From Octopus bimaculoides (Eukaryota), in contig NC_068986.1 in the NCBI RefSeq assembly GCF_001194135.2, positions 500,553-564,552 of the forward strand: a stretch of 64,000 nt of DNA. Reading direction: 5' to 3'. Below the pieces are notes generated by a model that saw only the letters and a list, made by a program, of their open reading frames with translations, had not been told where the DNA came from and searched no databases. Each line of letters begins with the position of its first letter. The stretch's first letter is position 1. Shown piece after piece: positions 48,600-61,828 of the stretch. The position numbers were made by a program, and so were the translations under genes.

Positions 48600-49010
48600 C
48601 AAACTGGCAGAGTTGCCAGTATCAGAGAGAAGGCCAGGCGTTATTTGCTTGGACTCTCTGTGCTCTACGTTCAAAACCCACCAAAGCCAACTTTGTCTTT
48701 CGGTGTCGATAATAAAGTACCGATCCATGAGTCAGTCATGGAAGGACAGCATGTATTTCGTTTGGGACGGGGCTTTAGACGATTGGAAGGAAACGGAGAC
48801 CCGACTCGAATGCTAAAAGCACCCATCATGCTGTTAAAACGAGTGACGGATTCAGCCAACAACAGAAACAGCTTTCCCACAGGATTCCACGTAATTTCCA
48901 TCTACCAAATTTCTCTCCTAAAGCTTACGTCAAACCGAGGCTATGAAATAAGACACTTACCCAAGGTGGCACCCGTCAGTGGGTTTGAATATTACAACAT
49001 CATGGAGCTT
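48600..49010 (-). mobile_element. SINE family B-related repeat (head plus long body)
   Basis: TTTCCATCTACCAAATTT...GAGGCTATG..AAGACACTTACCCAAGGTGGC at 48895-48970. Confidence 0.55.
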
Positions 49011-49349
49011 CTCCACTCTGTAAGCACTAGCCTCCAGAAGTTCAATCACAGCATCGACACTATCAACCTCGCTAGTCTGGTGAAAGCTGTATGATGGCCT
49101 CCCTTATTCCTTCTACTAATGAATGATGTCTATCTGGAAGGAGGCAGACTAGGAAATGTTGGTTTAATTGATTCCAGAATATAATTTTTTACAATCTCCA
49201 GAAGGTTGAAAAGCAGATTCAATGCCGGTAAAGTTTGAAATTAAAAACGCACAGATATTACAAAGGCTGTCATTAACAATTACCCTCGAACCAAATGATA
49301 CTTTGTAATTTAGGTGAATGGCCAACAGTCTTAAAAGAAAGATCAGCTG

Positions 49350-49650
49350 ATCACTTGAGTCCCACTATTCGACTGGAACTATATTTTATCGAACTCAGAG
49401 AGGAAGGACAGATAAAACTGAGCTCGTTAGGATTTGATCTCAGAACATTTAGAACCTGAATAAATACCGCAAAGTGTTTTAACCAACATTCTGACGATTC
49501 AGATACCCCAGTGGCCACCACCGACAAAATAACTGTTTCTGATTTAGTCACAAAACCAGCAATTTTAAGAGGAGGGTTTATTCGGTGTCCTTAGCCTCAG
49601 TATTAAACTGGTACATTATTTTATCGACGACAAAATTTAACTCCGGTGCG
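49350..49650 (-). mobile_element. Two degenerate SINE family A pieces
   Basis: ATTTTATCGAAC / GGATTTGATCTCAGAAC / AAACTGGTACATTATTTTATCGAC. Confidence 0.65.
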
Positions 49651-49764
49651 ATTAGGACTCTAAAAGTAAAAGTAAAAGAACCATAAAAAATACTATAAAG
49701 AATTCCAACTCTCCACAGATACAAAGAAAAACATATATGCGTGTGTTGTTTGTGTGTATTGATT

Positions 49765-50620
49765 TTAGGCAAGACGGGAAGCGAGGTGGCTTACGCGACA
49801 TAGAGCCAGCAGATGTCCATACCCTCTCCCCTTTGTGGACATCGTTTCTCCCAAAACAAATGAGACACCATCAGTGCAGTATCATCTGGGGTGAACCGGT
49901 GCACCGTTATGACCATCACCGTCTGATATGCTTCCGCTCGGTCTCCCAGCCCTACAGTGATGCCTAGCTCAATGCAGTGCCATCACTCTCGACTGGTACT
50001 CAGCTGGATAGCAACTGTTTGCGCATCGGCATTTCTCTGAAGCTAGGCATCCGGATCTATGAGCCTCGCAAATGGCTCTGCGGATCCATTGTAAATTCTT
50101 TTAGTCCCCAGCTGTTGCCATGCCATTATAGTGCTGGCTGTCTTCCACGCTATGGTACTCTCAGTGAGATCATAAACCATGGCCTGGACGCCGCAGGCCT
50201 CCCTTCTCAGCTTAAGACAGCAGGGTCAGAGAGTGGGGACTGTAAAAGGCCAGACAGCATGACAATTTTCCCGTTCCGTGGTGGTAGGCCCCCACGTCTT
50301 GGATGTCACATGCTGCAACACCTTCTCCAGCGTCCTTAGTACGTTCGGTTGCCAGCCCAAGCTTCGCTTCTCATCAAGACGAGAAGGTAAAATGTCTGAA
50401 TATCGGCCGCTCTCAAATAGATTTGTGGTCGAGCCTGTAGCAACAGACACCTCCAGCGTTCTCTCCCCACCACCAACCATGGCTATATCCCTGCTCACAA
50501 CTATCGAGGCAGAGTTGACTATCCGCAAGTGCAAACCCCGTGAGTCGGAGTGGCTGTTTCAGTGCGTCTCCCTCGCTATTCTCCGGGGCAACGCCTTTCC
50601 CATTGACGAGCCTTTTTAAT
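49765..50620 (+). mobile_element. CRE-clade-like non-LTR retrotransposon 3' region (REL endonuclease)
   Basis: PSLSTGTQLDSNCLRIGISLKLG; LCG; AGLPSQLKTAG..DCKRPDSMT; LDVTCCNTF; FVVEPVATDT; LFQCVSLAILRGNA. Confidence 0.8.
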
Positions 50621-51907
50621 TGTAGCTGTTGTAGCTCTTTAAGACCACAAATAGTCTTTTAAATGGTGTCCAAGTTTTGACACAATTATTAATCGTTTCA
50701 AATGTCCATAGCAACATCATGTTAGCTCACCTATGTGTCACCTTAGCTTCACCCTGAGAGCAGCGACAGTTATTGTTGCTATTGTTGTTGTTGTTGTTGT
50801 CAACTATGACGAAGCAGTCCTCTGCTTGATGAATATTCTAATCATGATTATTTTAATTTTATAGACGTTGTTTATCAGCTTTCTTTTCCTTTTCCTTTTC
50901 CGGGTGGTATTGTTTGGTTAGAAATACATCACTGTTATTTCTTTCAGTCCGCACGACAATGTGTAGACTATTTTATAGATAGCAGTTTCTTTGGAAGCCA
51001 TAAGTGGAGATTTAGAGTGTCTAAAATCTTTAGATATTACAGAAATAAATCAAGTTAAACTTGCTTGACAGCCTGATAAATATAACAAGACATTTTTTGA
51101 AATTTGAAACAAAAGAAAAATATATAAAATGAGAAACCAATTCCAGAGACAGACAGCTAGAGATTAACAGGTGTTAAAAATGGTCGAGCCTACCTTTTTA
51201 CAGAGCGAAACAAATTATTTAAACATTTAAGTTGAGCTCTATGATAAGTCTCTCTCACTTCACTATTACGTAACCCTATCAATTGGATCAGATGGGAGAG
51301 GATGTTAGCTTCATAATACTGCTACTGACAGAGGGTGGTAATGGTGGCTATAGTTGTGATAGTGAATTTTATGGTGGAGAAGATGATTATGCTGATGGTG
51401 GTAGTGGTTATAGTGGTGATCATTTCTGTGATGGCGTGTTATATAAGGTAACAAGAATGAGAAAAGCTACAGTATAGAATTTCCAATGATTTCCCGAATA
51501 CAAAAACAAAACAAGTAAACAATTTTAATATGATCGTTTTCTTTGGAATCCTAAAAAGCGTCTAATTCTCAAAATTCCCAAAATTCCTCAACATAAAATC
51601 TCTTATTACGTTTGCTGTTTATTTAGTTTATATATATATATATATATGCGTATACATATGTGTGTATGTGTGCGTGTGTACGTACACATATATAGGCATG
51701 TATGTATCAATATATATGTTAAAATATAAATTTATTGTTATCTATCTATATATAAGATACGTAAATACATAAATATATATGTATACATATGTAAATAAAC
51801 AAATAAATATGTGTGTATGTGTGTGTGTATGCATGTATGTATGTTTGTATATACGTAATTAATAATGTCTACGGTTATGAATGTACAGAAACACACATAT
51901 AAATTAT

Positions 51908-51950
<43 letters not shown>

Positions 51951-52802
51951 ATGTATACACACACATGTCACTAGAGAAGATGTAAAAATAAACTGTGGTG
52001 AATTCTTGTGTGTATACGCCGCAGCGAGAAAGAGGCGGCAGTTAGTGTGTGTGGTTGGGTGGGTGGAATGTAATAAGATAGAAAAACAAAAAGAAACAGA
52101 GAGGGAGAAAAGAAAGGTAGATTAAATAATTTCACCGAGTGGTTGTACATCTCCATTGTGTATTTAAATGTTTAGCATTCCCAATATTCAGTTATGAGTC
52201 TATTTGTGGAAATAATCCGAAGCTTTTTTGTTGTCTTTGTTTATATTAGCGGTGAATTTTTAGTAGTCATTATTCTTGAATATTGCACCAGAACAAGAAA
52301 CATGTGCAACGAAGTGCAAGTTATCATTGGTGATATTGCATGGAAGCACATCAACATGCGCGTGGAAGCATGTGTTCTCGATTGTTTTTTGTATGGTGGG
52401 ATCGACGTCTTAAAGGATTCTGCAGCTATTTGCTCTTAATATCTTGGTAATTATAAGACGGTGTGTTGGCTGAATCGTTACAGAGTTGGTTAGATTGCTC
52501 TTCCCTATTTGTTCTAGCTCTCAGTGTTCAAGATTCAATATCCGTTGAATTCAACTTCGCCTTTCTTCTTTCGTAGTTCACACATAAAACACCAGTTCGC
52601 AACGAGGTAGAATTCTTTCGTTCTCTCTCCCCGCTGTGTTCAAATCTGGAGAGGGGATGAGCTCACCTCAAAGACTCAAAGCACGTCGTATGCCAAAATG
52701 CTGTATCTACGACTCCACCAGGTAGTGAAAGTGCAAGGCACTCCTAATAACTATTTCGTTAGAGCATCGAATTAAATGCATTTTGCAATTTACTCCCAGC
52801 TG

Positions 52803-52975
52803 CGACAGTGAGCTGGCAGAATCGTTAGCGTTCTTGGTAATACGCTTCGCTACATTTCATACATTTTTATAATCTGAATTCTAATCCAGCCGAGGTCTAC
52901 TTTACCTTTTTCCTCCAATTGAGTACAGGGATCGGCGTAATTTCTGGCTTTGTGCCAAAATTTGAAACTGTTATT
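52803..52975 (+). mobile_element. SINE family A
   Basis: GTGAGCTGGCAGAATCGTTAGCG head; GAATTCTAATCC; GAGGTCTACTTTACC. Confidence 0.8.
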
Positions 52976-53659
52976 TAGTTACAACTACTCACATTCTGAA
53001 TTCACATGCAATCAGGTTCGATTTTGATTTCCCTTCTTCTGGTGTCGATAAAACAAATATCAGTCAGTAACTGAGATTGCTATGTAAAATATATTCATAG
53101 TGACAAAAAATATAAATATCTAAACCTATCTGCAAGATATATATCATCTCTTAGTCATTAAACGTCAGCACTTTTTAATTTAATTTCTTCATTAAGTTAT
53201 ATAGGTTTTTAATTTGGATTTTTAATTTTGTTCGACCGTATAATAATTCTGATACTGGCAAATCAGCACTCGAAGACAATACAAGATTTTAAGTTTATCG
53301 ATAATTTATATTCCCGGCCAGATGAAAGATATAGTTGATCTTGGTTGAATATTATATTTATTGATAGTTTGACTGTAAAGAACCGTTTAATATACAGTTT
53401 GATTTCTGACTCCTGAGTTTCTTTCTTATCAAAGTAAGAAATAGTATTTCATCATTTTGAAGTTGATTAACTTGTGTTATCAACAGAGGCCAGGACTTTG
53501 ATCGGAGGATTTAGTTCAGTCATGGCCAAACAGAGGTCCTTACTGAATGACACGCTTAACGAAAAATTACCTTGATTTTTATTAGTAATGCGGCTCGCCT
53601 GGTATTGGGTCATGTCTCGTGCAGCCCTATTCCCCTAAAAAGCTTGGCTGGTTTAGTTG

Positions 53660-53830
53660 ACCAAAGTACTTGGCTGTTACTTGACTTTATTTTATTGACT
53701 CCAGAGAGGATGAAAGTCAAATTTAACGTCGGTGGTATTTGAAATCAGAACTTAAAGTATCTAAAAAAAGAAAAAGAAAAAAAAAAGCAAAGCATTTTGC
53801 CGAACGCTCTAACGAATCTGCCAGCCCTTG
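53660..53830 (-). mobile_element. SINE family A
   Basis: GAGAGGATGAAAGTCAAATTT...GTATTTGAAATCAGAAC...TAACGAATCTGCCAGC. Confidence 0.75.
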
Positions 53831-54974
53831 AAATTGATGAAACAAAATCGGAATAAAGAAGACCAAACGATTAGCAATACAACTACTACTATATATCTGG
53901 CACTGCATATTTCATCGAGTATTTTCTTGAAGTTTTAAGTACCATCAAAGAAGAGCTCAGCAATCACTTAGAACTACCAATAATACTGCTACGCACATTT
54001 ATGCTCTTATTCATACTCTTCCGACCACCATCAACTACTACTATGACTGCTGCTGCTGCTGCTGCTACTACTACTACTACTACTATTATTACTTACTAAT
54101 TTAATAAACCTCCAATTCTTTTTAGCTTTTATTTCACGAAACTGATAATTGAAAACGAAAATTCACAATGATGATTATTCCAAAATATGATACCGAAGAA
54201 TGATCAAACATATTCTATACCGTCATTCCCTGTCGGTTTAGTCGGGATTTTTGTGTTTGCTGGTTGCTTTTTGTTTTGTCTTGTCTTTTTTTTTTCTTTC
54301 TTTCCTTACATCAAATGAATGCCGCCGTTAAATGAAAGCAGCAATTAGAAAGAAATATGTTTTACGTTCTACAACTAACAACGAAGAAGTGTGGAATTTG
54401 TAGAATTCCTGTGAATAGCTTTTCGTCTAGAATTTAATAAAACTGGGATTTGTATAAAAATAACACTGAAGACGAAATCAGCGATACAAATTCGTGACAT
54501 CTATCTTTGCTTAAAAGTCACGACTAACATCTTTGAAAGATATACATTAATGTTTTTTCTTCATTATTTCTTAACTCATATTTTCTGTTGTGGTTTTTTC
54601 TTGTTTCTTTTTCTTACTGCTGCTGCTGCTGCTAATATTGTTATCTTACCTTCTATGTTTTTTTTTAATCTACTGACTAAGGAAAAGCATACTGAGAAGA
54701 AATCTGTATAGAAAGCAATATAATAAATTAACTCTCAAAGGTAATATTACTTTTGAATGCAAAGCTGTTATCACCTCCTACTTCCTCTCCGACTTGTTAA
54801 AAATAGCAATCAAATTCGCTCAAATCACACTCCACTATCCTAATAAAAAAGAAAGAAGGACGCGTTGAACAATATAGTCGAAGATTTACAAAAACCAGGA
54901 TGGTCGTGGTTGGAACGCCTCGGGTGAAGTTTGACTGACGACATCATCATTATGTTTTAGTAATTTACGTAACA

Positions 54975-55050
54975 AATAACTATCTACTACTACTGCTACT
55001 ACTACTACTACTACTGCTGCTGCTGCTACTACTACTACTACTACTACTAC
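54975..55050. repeat. (TAC/TGC)n trinucleotide tract (a similar one lies at 54035-54090)
   Basis: Direct run. Confidence 0.9.
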
Positions 55051-55089
55051 CAGTCCATGTTTCACTCACATCTATTCAAACTTAAAGTA

Positions 55090-55735
55090 CCCACCTCTAA
55101 ATAAGCATCTAAATCCTCCTTCAGAAAAATATTTTACGCCGACCAATCATGTTGTCCCTACCAGAAATGCTAAACCCATAAAATTAGTGCCCACTAAATA
55201 CAACGTGTCTACCAAACATGTGCCCATTAAACAAGCTGTGAACACTAAACATATTATACTACCAAACATGAACCTACCCAGTAAAAGTGCATTATACCTT
55301 CTCAACATGTACCCACAAAGTTTGTCCACCAAAAATTTACTCACTAAATATGTTATATCCGTCAAATATATCCCCATCATACATGGCCCCAGCAAACATG
55401 CACCCAGCAAACATGTAGCTATCAAGCATGAACCCACCTGACAGATATCTATCAAATGTGTACCCACTAAATATCTACCCACCAAACATCTATCCCTAAG
55501 ATGTACTCATCAAAATTGTTCCCATCAACTATGTGCCCATTAAGCATGTACCTATCGACTATATAACCACTAAGCATCTATCCACCAAGCATCTACCCAA
55601 ACGTATACCCATCAAACATCACCCCTTCCCCAAATATGTATCCACCAGACATGAACCCTCCAAAATTGTTCCCATCAAACATGTGCCCATCAAACGTGTA
55701 CCCTCCAAATATATTATGCCCATCAAATATGGCTT
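55090..55735 (+). repeat. Degenerate 15/18-bp tandem array (consensus about AAACATGTACCCACC)
   Basis: Dozens of units; conceptual translation is KHVP(T/I) pentads broken by stops and frameshifts. Confidence 0.85.
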
Positions 55736-55819
55736 ACTCTTCTCCTTTGCACAAACACTGATAAATTTCATGCTTTATTTTCCGTATTTGTTCCAACTTT
55801 CATTGATACTGGCACCTAG

Positions 55820-55925
55820 AATAGAGGTAACTGCGCAGTTAAGATGCACGCTTCACAATCACGGTGATCTAGGTTCAGTTCCATCGTGCAGCACCCTAGC
55901 CAAGCGTCTTCTATTTTAGTCTCAA
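55820..55925 (+). mobile_element. SINE family B head, degenerate
   Basis: GGTTCAGTTCCATCGTGCAGCACCCTAGCCAAGCGTCTTCTA. Confidence 0.65.
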
Positions 55926-56677
55926 GTTGTTTTGATGTGTACAACACATTTGTAAGGGAGGAGAAATGATAGAGGGTATATGTTTATGGGTTACATACTT
56001 TTTTGGTACATATTTAGAAGACGCGAGCTATTTCGTGGATACAATACATTTGCTTGGCACGAATCTGCCAATTGATTACGAAAAGACTGTCGGCTACGTG
56101 TTGTGTGAAGGCATATTATCTTCTCCGTTATTTGTTGGCGTAGAACTGTGGGACTGATGGGGAGAAAGAGGCGATAAAACCACATCTCATGCATTATCTT
56201 CCCGCCCGTCCCCAAAGCTTGTGACAGAGTGGACACTACTATAGGTACCCAGTGTCCGGTAATGTGCTAAACAAGGATTAAGTCTACTAATCATAACAGG
56301 TGCGGGGCATCCAATCAGCTTTTGCATTGATTTCTCTAATAAATATAAACTCTGCTTTATCCATTGAGCATTTAAAAACACGTTTATGCATACATACACA
56401 CATGCACACATGCACACATGCACACATGCACACAGACACACATGCACACAGACACATAGATAGACAGACAGACTGATAAATAGACAGATATAAAGAGAGA
56501 GTGAGGAAGAGAGAGAAATAGATAGGTAGAAAGAGAGGGAGAGAGGGGAAGAAACAGACAGACAGATAGACAGTTAAAGTTCGTTCTAAAAGGGTCTTTC
56601 GTACAAGTTTCGCCTAACGGCTTATCCAACTAGTCAGTCTAAACGATTTACTTTCAAAAAATGTAATTAAATAGTGA

Positions 56678-56930
56678 ATTATTTTTAATCTCGTTAAATC
56701 TTAAGTGTCAATTTGGTGAATTGGTCATTAAACTATGTAAGTAAGAAGTTTTTTATAATTATTATTATCATTATTGTGGCCAATAAAACGAATTAATTAT
56801 TATTATTATTGTCTATTAGAGAAAGGGATTTTCGAGATTAACTATTTTTAATCTCGTTAAATCTTAAGTGACAAATTGGTGAATTGGTCAATAAACTACG
56901 TAGGTAGGAATTTTTTTTATTATTATTTTG
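56678..56930. repeat. About 90-bp direct repeat, two copies about 165 bp apart
   Basis: TATTTTTAATCTCGTTAAATCTTAAGTG.CAA.TTGGTGAATTGGTCA.TAAACTA.GTA at both positions. Confidence 0.85.
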
Positions 56931-57047
56931 TCCGTTCGGCTTTATGTTCGTTCGGCATTGAAGTCAGAGGAACTTACTTTGAAGGAGATTAGAATTTTGT
57001 ATTTTGATATTAATAAATGTGTCTCTGGAATGTACCTTGTGCGTGAC

Positions 57048-57095
<48 letters not shown>

Positions 57096-57099
57096 CACA

Positions 57100-57880
57100 C
57101 AGAGGGTGTGGACGGTATTTGGTATTTTAAAAAAACTTATATAATAACAGAAAGAACTATTTTTATAAAAATAACATAAACATAAGGCTAAATTATCAAT
57201 TTAATAATTTCATTCAATAAAACCACCATAAGCATCAAAAACTACCTCTAAGCGGATTCGAAATCGTTTACAAGCTCGGATTAAGTGGTTCCTGTTCATA
57301 TCGGACATGACTCAAACTATGGCTGCTTTCAAAGAATCTTTGGTGCTATGAGGATGTTCATTGACATTTCTCTCAACGATACTCCATACATAGTAGTCCA
57401 GTGGATTGAGATCTGGGGGATTAGGACGCCAAATCTTGGGCCTGATGTGATCAAGCAAATTGTCGGTCATCCATTCTTGTGTCATTTGAGCCTTGTGTGA
57501 TGGTGCAGAATCTTGTTGAAAGACATAAGGCCTTCCATTGCATACACTGTTGATCCAAGGCTTAACGACTTTATCCAGAACCTCAATATACGCAGCAGCA
57601 TTCACCCGAAGGCCTTGTGGAAAAAAGTGAAGAGGCATCACATGTCCTTCATTGCTAACAGCACACAGAACCATGACACTCGCAGATAATTTTGTGTGCA
57701 TCACACTTCGAACCTCAGAAAGGTCTGCCTATGCCCATCTGTCATTTCTTCTGTCATTTCTTCTGTTAGTTTTCTGGTCCTGGTCGAAGTTTTTCTCATC
57801 TCAATAACACCAAATCACACCATCTTCTGGTGGAATTTTAAGTTTGTTCAAAAGTCTTTTGGATCTGATTAAAGGGATCT
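57100..57880 (-). mobile_element. maT/DD37D-type Tc1/mariner transposase remnant with its 3' end
   Basis: DEKNFDQDQK; VMVLCAVSNEG; FQQDSAPSH followed by 37 residues to the D of PDLNPLDY (counted by hand). Confidence 0.9.
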
Positions 57881-58266
57881 TTATATATGTATGTATATAT
57901 TGACCCATGATTGATCGAGAGGGGGGAGTCGAGAATCAATCAAACCCAGTTGACACGGAAACGACCTTGGACTTGAATATGGCTATTCATTCGAACAGCC
58001 AACGAAGTGCGAACAACTTTGGATGCAAGCTGTGCTGTAGAACCTTTGCANNNNNNNNNNNNNNNNNNNNNNNNNNNNNNNNNNNNNNNNNNNNNNNNNN
58101 NNNNNNNNNNNNNNNNNNNNNNNNNNNNNNNNNNNNNNNNNNNNNNNNNNATATATATATGTATATGTGTGTGTGCGTGTGTCTGTGTGCACTATATATT
58201 TATAAAAGTAATAGACTTCTGGTAACGCATGCGCAATGATAAACAAGTACCGGTAGGAGTTAGCTG

Positions 58267-58726
58267 TACATGTGCCCAACCGACTTTGTTTCCTCATAAC
58301 TTTCAGAAAAATGGATATTTCTTAATGGAATGTTCTACAAATTTACTTCAGATGGTTTAGATTCCGATTATATCAGAATTTGTTTTGAAATTAATTTTTC
58401 GAACACAAAATGTAATGTGTGTCATTATGCATATGTACTATCTCACCAATTTTTCTTCTTTTTTTTTTTTATTAAATTCCCATATAATCGGAATCTACAC
58501 ACTCAGAAAGTTGCGAAGAAACAAAACCAACTCGCGTGAATTTTCTTAAACTCTTCTCCCCACTCACCCGAAAGACGTTTTTTTTCTTCTTTTAGGTTTT
58601 TCGCAACAGATTTAGATATAATCGAAACCTATGTCATCTGAAACATATTTGTAGAAAACTTCATTGAAGATTATCCATTTTTCTGGAAGTTATGAAGCAC
58701 CAACGTCGGTGAAGCGCATTTGTGTA
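58267..58726. mobile_element. MITE-like foldback with about 130-bp imperfect TIRs
   Basis: CATAACTTTCAGAAAAATGGATA..TCTACAAAT..TCAGATG..GATTATATC, and its reverse complement at 58600-58726. Confidence 0.7.
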
Positions 58727-59406
58727 TGTATGCTCATTGCTTCAAAATAAGTAATACAAAGATCATATTGTTATTATATATCTACGTATCGTTTTGCTTC
58801 GCTTCACTTTCAGTTTGTTTGTAGCAATAGTGAATTATGTAACTGCATGTTATATATAAACAAAGGATAGACCTCTTTCGGTTCCGTTTGGATCAAAAGG
58901 TGACAATAATGTGAATGAGATAGGCTCAATCTTTCACTACACATAAACGTGAATAAGATATCAGCATTTACAATGATATTGTGTTTAGTAACAAATACTA
59001 ATTGTATTTAAAATGCATCAGAGTGTGTATATACATACGTGTGTGCGTGTGTGTCTGTGTGTGTGTGTATTGTGTATTATTAAGTTTATTGCCAGTAATT
59101 AGGTAGTAATTTCTCATTGCTTTATAAATGCATATTTTCTTAACATAATTGCATTTCATTTTATAGCGTCACGTTTTTCATTATTGATGTTCGAGTTTCA
59201 TTCATGTTGCATTTCCTGCCATCATTCTTTCCATATGCATGACATATGTATACTTACGCATATACACTATAGGAATATATGATACGAAACGTATGTAAAA
59301 CATGGTATCTTAAAGATAGCATTTCCGCACTAGTATATATATAGATATAGAAATATATATGTATGTATGTATGTGTGTATGTACGGGGCGTGTGGGTGTT
59401 GGTGTG

Positions 59407-59445
<39 letters not shown>

Positions 59446-59611
59446 NNNNNNNNNNNNNNNNNNNNNNNNNNNNNNNNNNNNNNNNNNNNNNNNNNNNNNN
59501 NNNNNNNNNNNNNNNNNNNNNNNNNNNNNNNNNNNNNNNNNNNNNNNNNNNNNNNNNNNNNNNNNNNNNNNNNNNNNNNNNNNNNNNNNNNNNNNNNNNN
59601 NNNNNNNNNNN

Positions 59612-59705
59612 NTAGCGGTTCGGCAAAAGAGGCCGATAGAATAAGTCCTGGGGTCGATTTGTTCGATTTGGCTGCTGTCAAATGATTGAAACAAATAAAA
59701 GAGAA
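59612..59705 (-). mobile_element. SINE family C fragment abutting a gap
   Basis: TAGCGGTTCGGCAAAAGAGGCCGATAGAATAAGTCCTGGGGTCGATTTGTTCGA. Confidence 0.85.
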
Positions 59706-60429
59706 TAGTCGTTTGCGAAATTCTGTTTCCATGAGATGAGAAGTAAGCAATTAGGAGTTAATGAATATATTAATCTATTAGTTAATTAATCAATTAATTA
59801 TTGCAGCGGGTAACAAAGCAATTGAAAATCCCTTATCTGGGATGTTAAACTGTAATTTCATAAGGTGAGCCAATATTTACAGCTATTTTTAACACATCGA
59901 AATTGGGTTTGTAAAATTAACTATTATCATTATTATTATTATTATTATAATTTTTATCATCATCATCATCATCATTACGTTTTAGCATGAATATAATAGC
60001 ATTTTGACAGCTTTGTATGTGTTAATGTTTTGATGTGTTAATGTTTCATAAAAATATGTAACACTATAAATTTTTGGTATACATTAAATTTACCGAACTG
60101 TTTGATTAATTATTAATTATTTATTATTTCATTAATTTATAAACAAGCAATTAGACCTAGTTAATTTAAAAAGTAGAAAATTCATGAGTTCTAACATGGG
60201 AAGTAGATTTTATACTAGTACCACGTATGATAATTATTGTATACACTGCCATATAGTATGATTCATACAGTGCTTAATTTATTGATGTTATATCTATATG
60301 AGGACATTTTATAAACAGACTCAGAAGAGTTGAATGGGTTGGTATTTTCAGAGGTAAATTTCTGTATTAACGCCCGCACGATTTTCACTAAGGAAAGCAA
60401 AAAAAAATCGGATCTTTTCGTGGAATCAA

Positions 60430-60625
60430 GTACCCTGATCTCCTAATATGCTGCAAATCCCTTATTTTGGTTCGGAAAAAAGGTGGGGCGAGGGCTCCAT
60501 CCCCATCCCGGAATCATTGGAATTTTTTTTTTTTTTCGTTGAATGAATTCCTGTGACCTCCTAGTATGCTATAAAACTCTTTTGGGGTCCGAAAAATGGG
60601 GTGGGGTGAGGTGGGAGCCTCGTTA
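60430..60625. repeat. Diverged tandem duplication, about 118-bp period, ending in G-rich motifs
   Basis: CTCCTA.TATGCT..AAA....TTTTGG.T.CG.AAAA.GG.TGGGG.GAGG occurs twice. Confidence 0.7.
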
Positions 60626-60904
60626 GCCATTTAAATAATCCTTTCCTTTTAGTATCACAGTTAGTAAACATTAATTCCTACCAAATATTTTGTTATTTTA
60701 TTTCAGACTAAAAGTGAAGCTGATATGAGACTAATTTGATCTCCTGTAATGAACTCTGTCTGATACACTAAAACATCAGATATATATACCTTTGCATTAT
60801 CCTGCGTGTTAAATGAATGTGTCTTGCGGCAATCCATAGATTTTGTCAAGAAAATCTATCTGTCTCTTAAATCACGCCAAACATATATATGTGTGTTTAT
60901 CTAG

Positions 60905-61010
60905 GCACAGATACGGCTACGTAAAGAAGTTCATATCACAATCATGTGGTTCTGGATTCAATCTTAGTGAGTGGCACTTGGATGGAATTGTGAAGAAGCC
61001 TGTTGTATGG
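60905..61010 (+). mobile_element. SINE family B, internally deleted
   Basis: GGCACAGATACGGCTACGTAAAGAAG...GTGGTTCTGGATTCAATC...GAAGAAGCCTGTTGTA. Confidence 0.6.
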
Positions 61011-61680
61011 GTGTGTGTATGTGTGTGTGTTGTATGAGTGTGTGTGTTGTATGAGTGTGTGTCTTGTATGAGTGTGTGTGTCTTGTATGAGTGTTGTGTG
61101 AGTGTGTGTATTGTATGAATGTGTGTATGTGTGTGTGTGGTGTGTGTTTATGGCTACACCTATATAAATATCAGTGTTGTTGTTTATATTGTAATCAAAT
61201 CACTCAGCGTCCGCGTGCGTCTTGAAACCAAAATGGAAGACAATGAGAGAACTTTATCAAAACGTATCCCAACTTCAACGTTATGTACATCATCCACAAC
61301 TATATGCTAGCATTTAATTCGCTATCTCTGACATATATCGTTCCTGAGCACTTACTAAGATATGGCTTCATATTTGCCAGCAAAAAAAGAATGGCTCATT
61401 GACAGATATTGAATATTTCATTATGTTGAAATGATATTATGTTCTTCAATAGCTCTTAACTAAACAATATCCGAACTTATCTTGATCATAAGATACCATT
61501 ATCTGTATAGGATCGTACTTTATAATCGAAACACACCAAATAGAAATGTCATCGTTTATCTGTCTGATCGCTGGAATTTAGCAACATCAAAATCTCACAA
61601 GTAATTAGGCAAGAAACGTATTCAACATGATGCTCGATGTCTACTTGTTTATCGTCAACGTACATTATTCGTCGGAAAAC

Positions 61681-61828
<148 letters not shown>

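Noticed and set aside
48585-49094. 169-aa ORF
   Set aside because: It overlaps an antisense SINE, has a non-ATG start and no recognisable domain.
52190-52440. Minus-strand peptide DVDPTIQKTIE...NITNDN resembling Ras or piggyBac motifs
   Set aside because: The similarity is too short and ambiguous, and stops are present.
60690-60745. Acceptor-like TTTTATTTCAG at 60705 as the next host exon
   Set aside because: All three frames stop within 11 codons and there is no clear donor.
61195-61310. CpG-containing segment with MEDNERTLSK as an alternative exon
   Set aside because: The splice signals are weak and the ORF is short; it needs RNA evidence.
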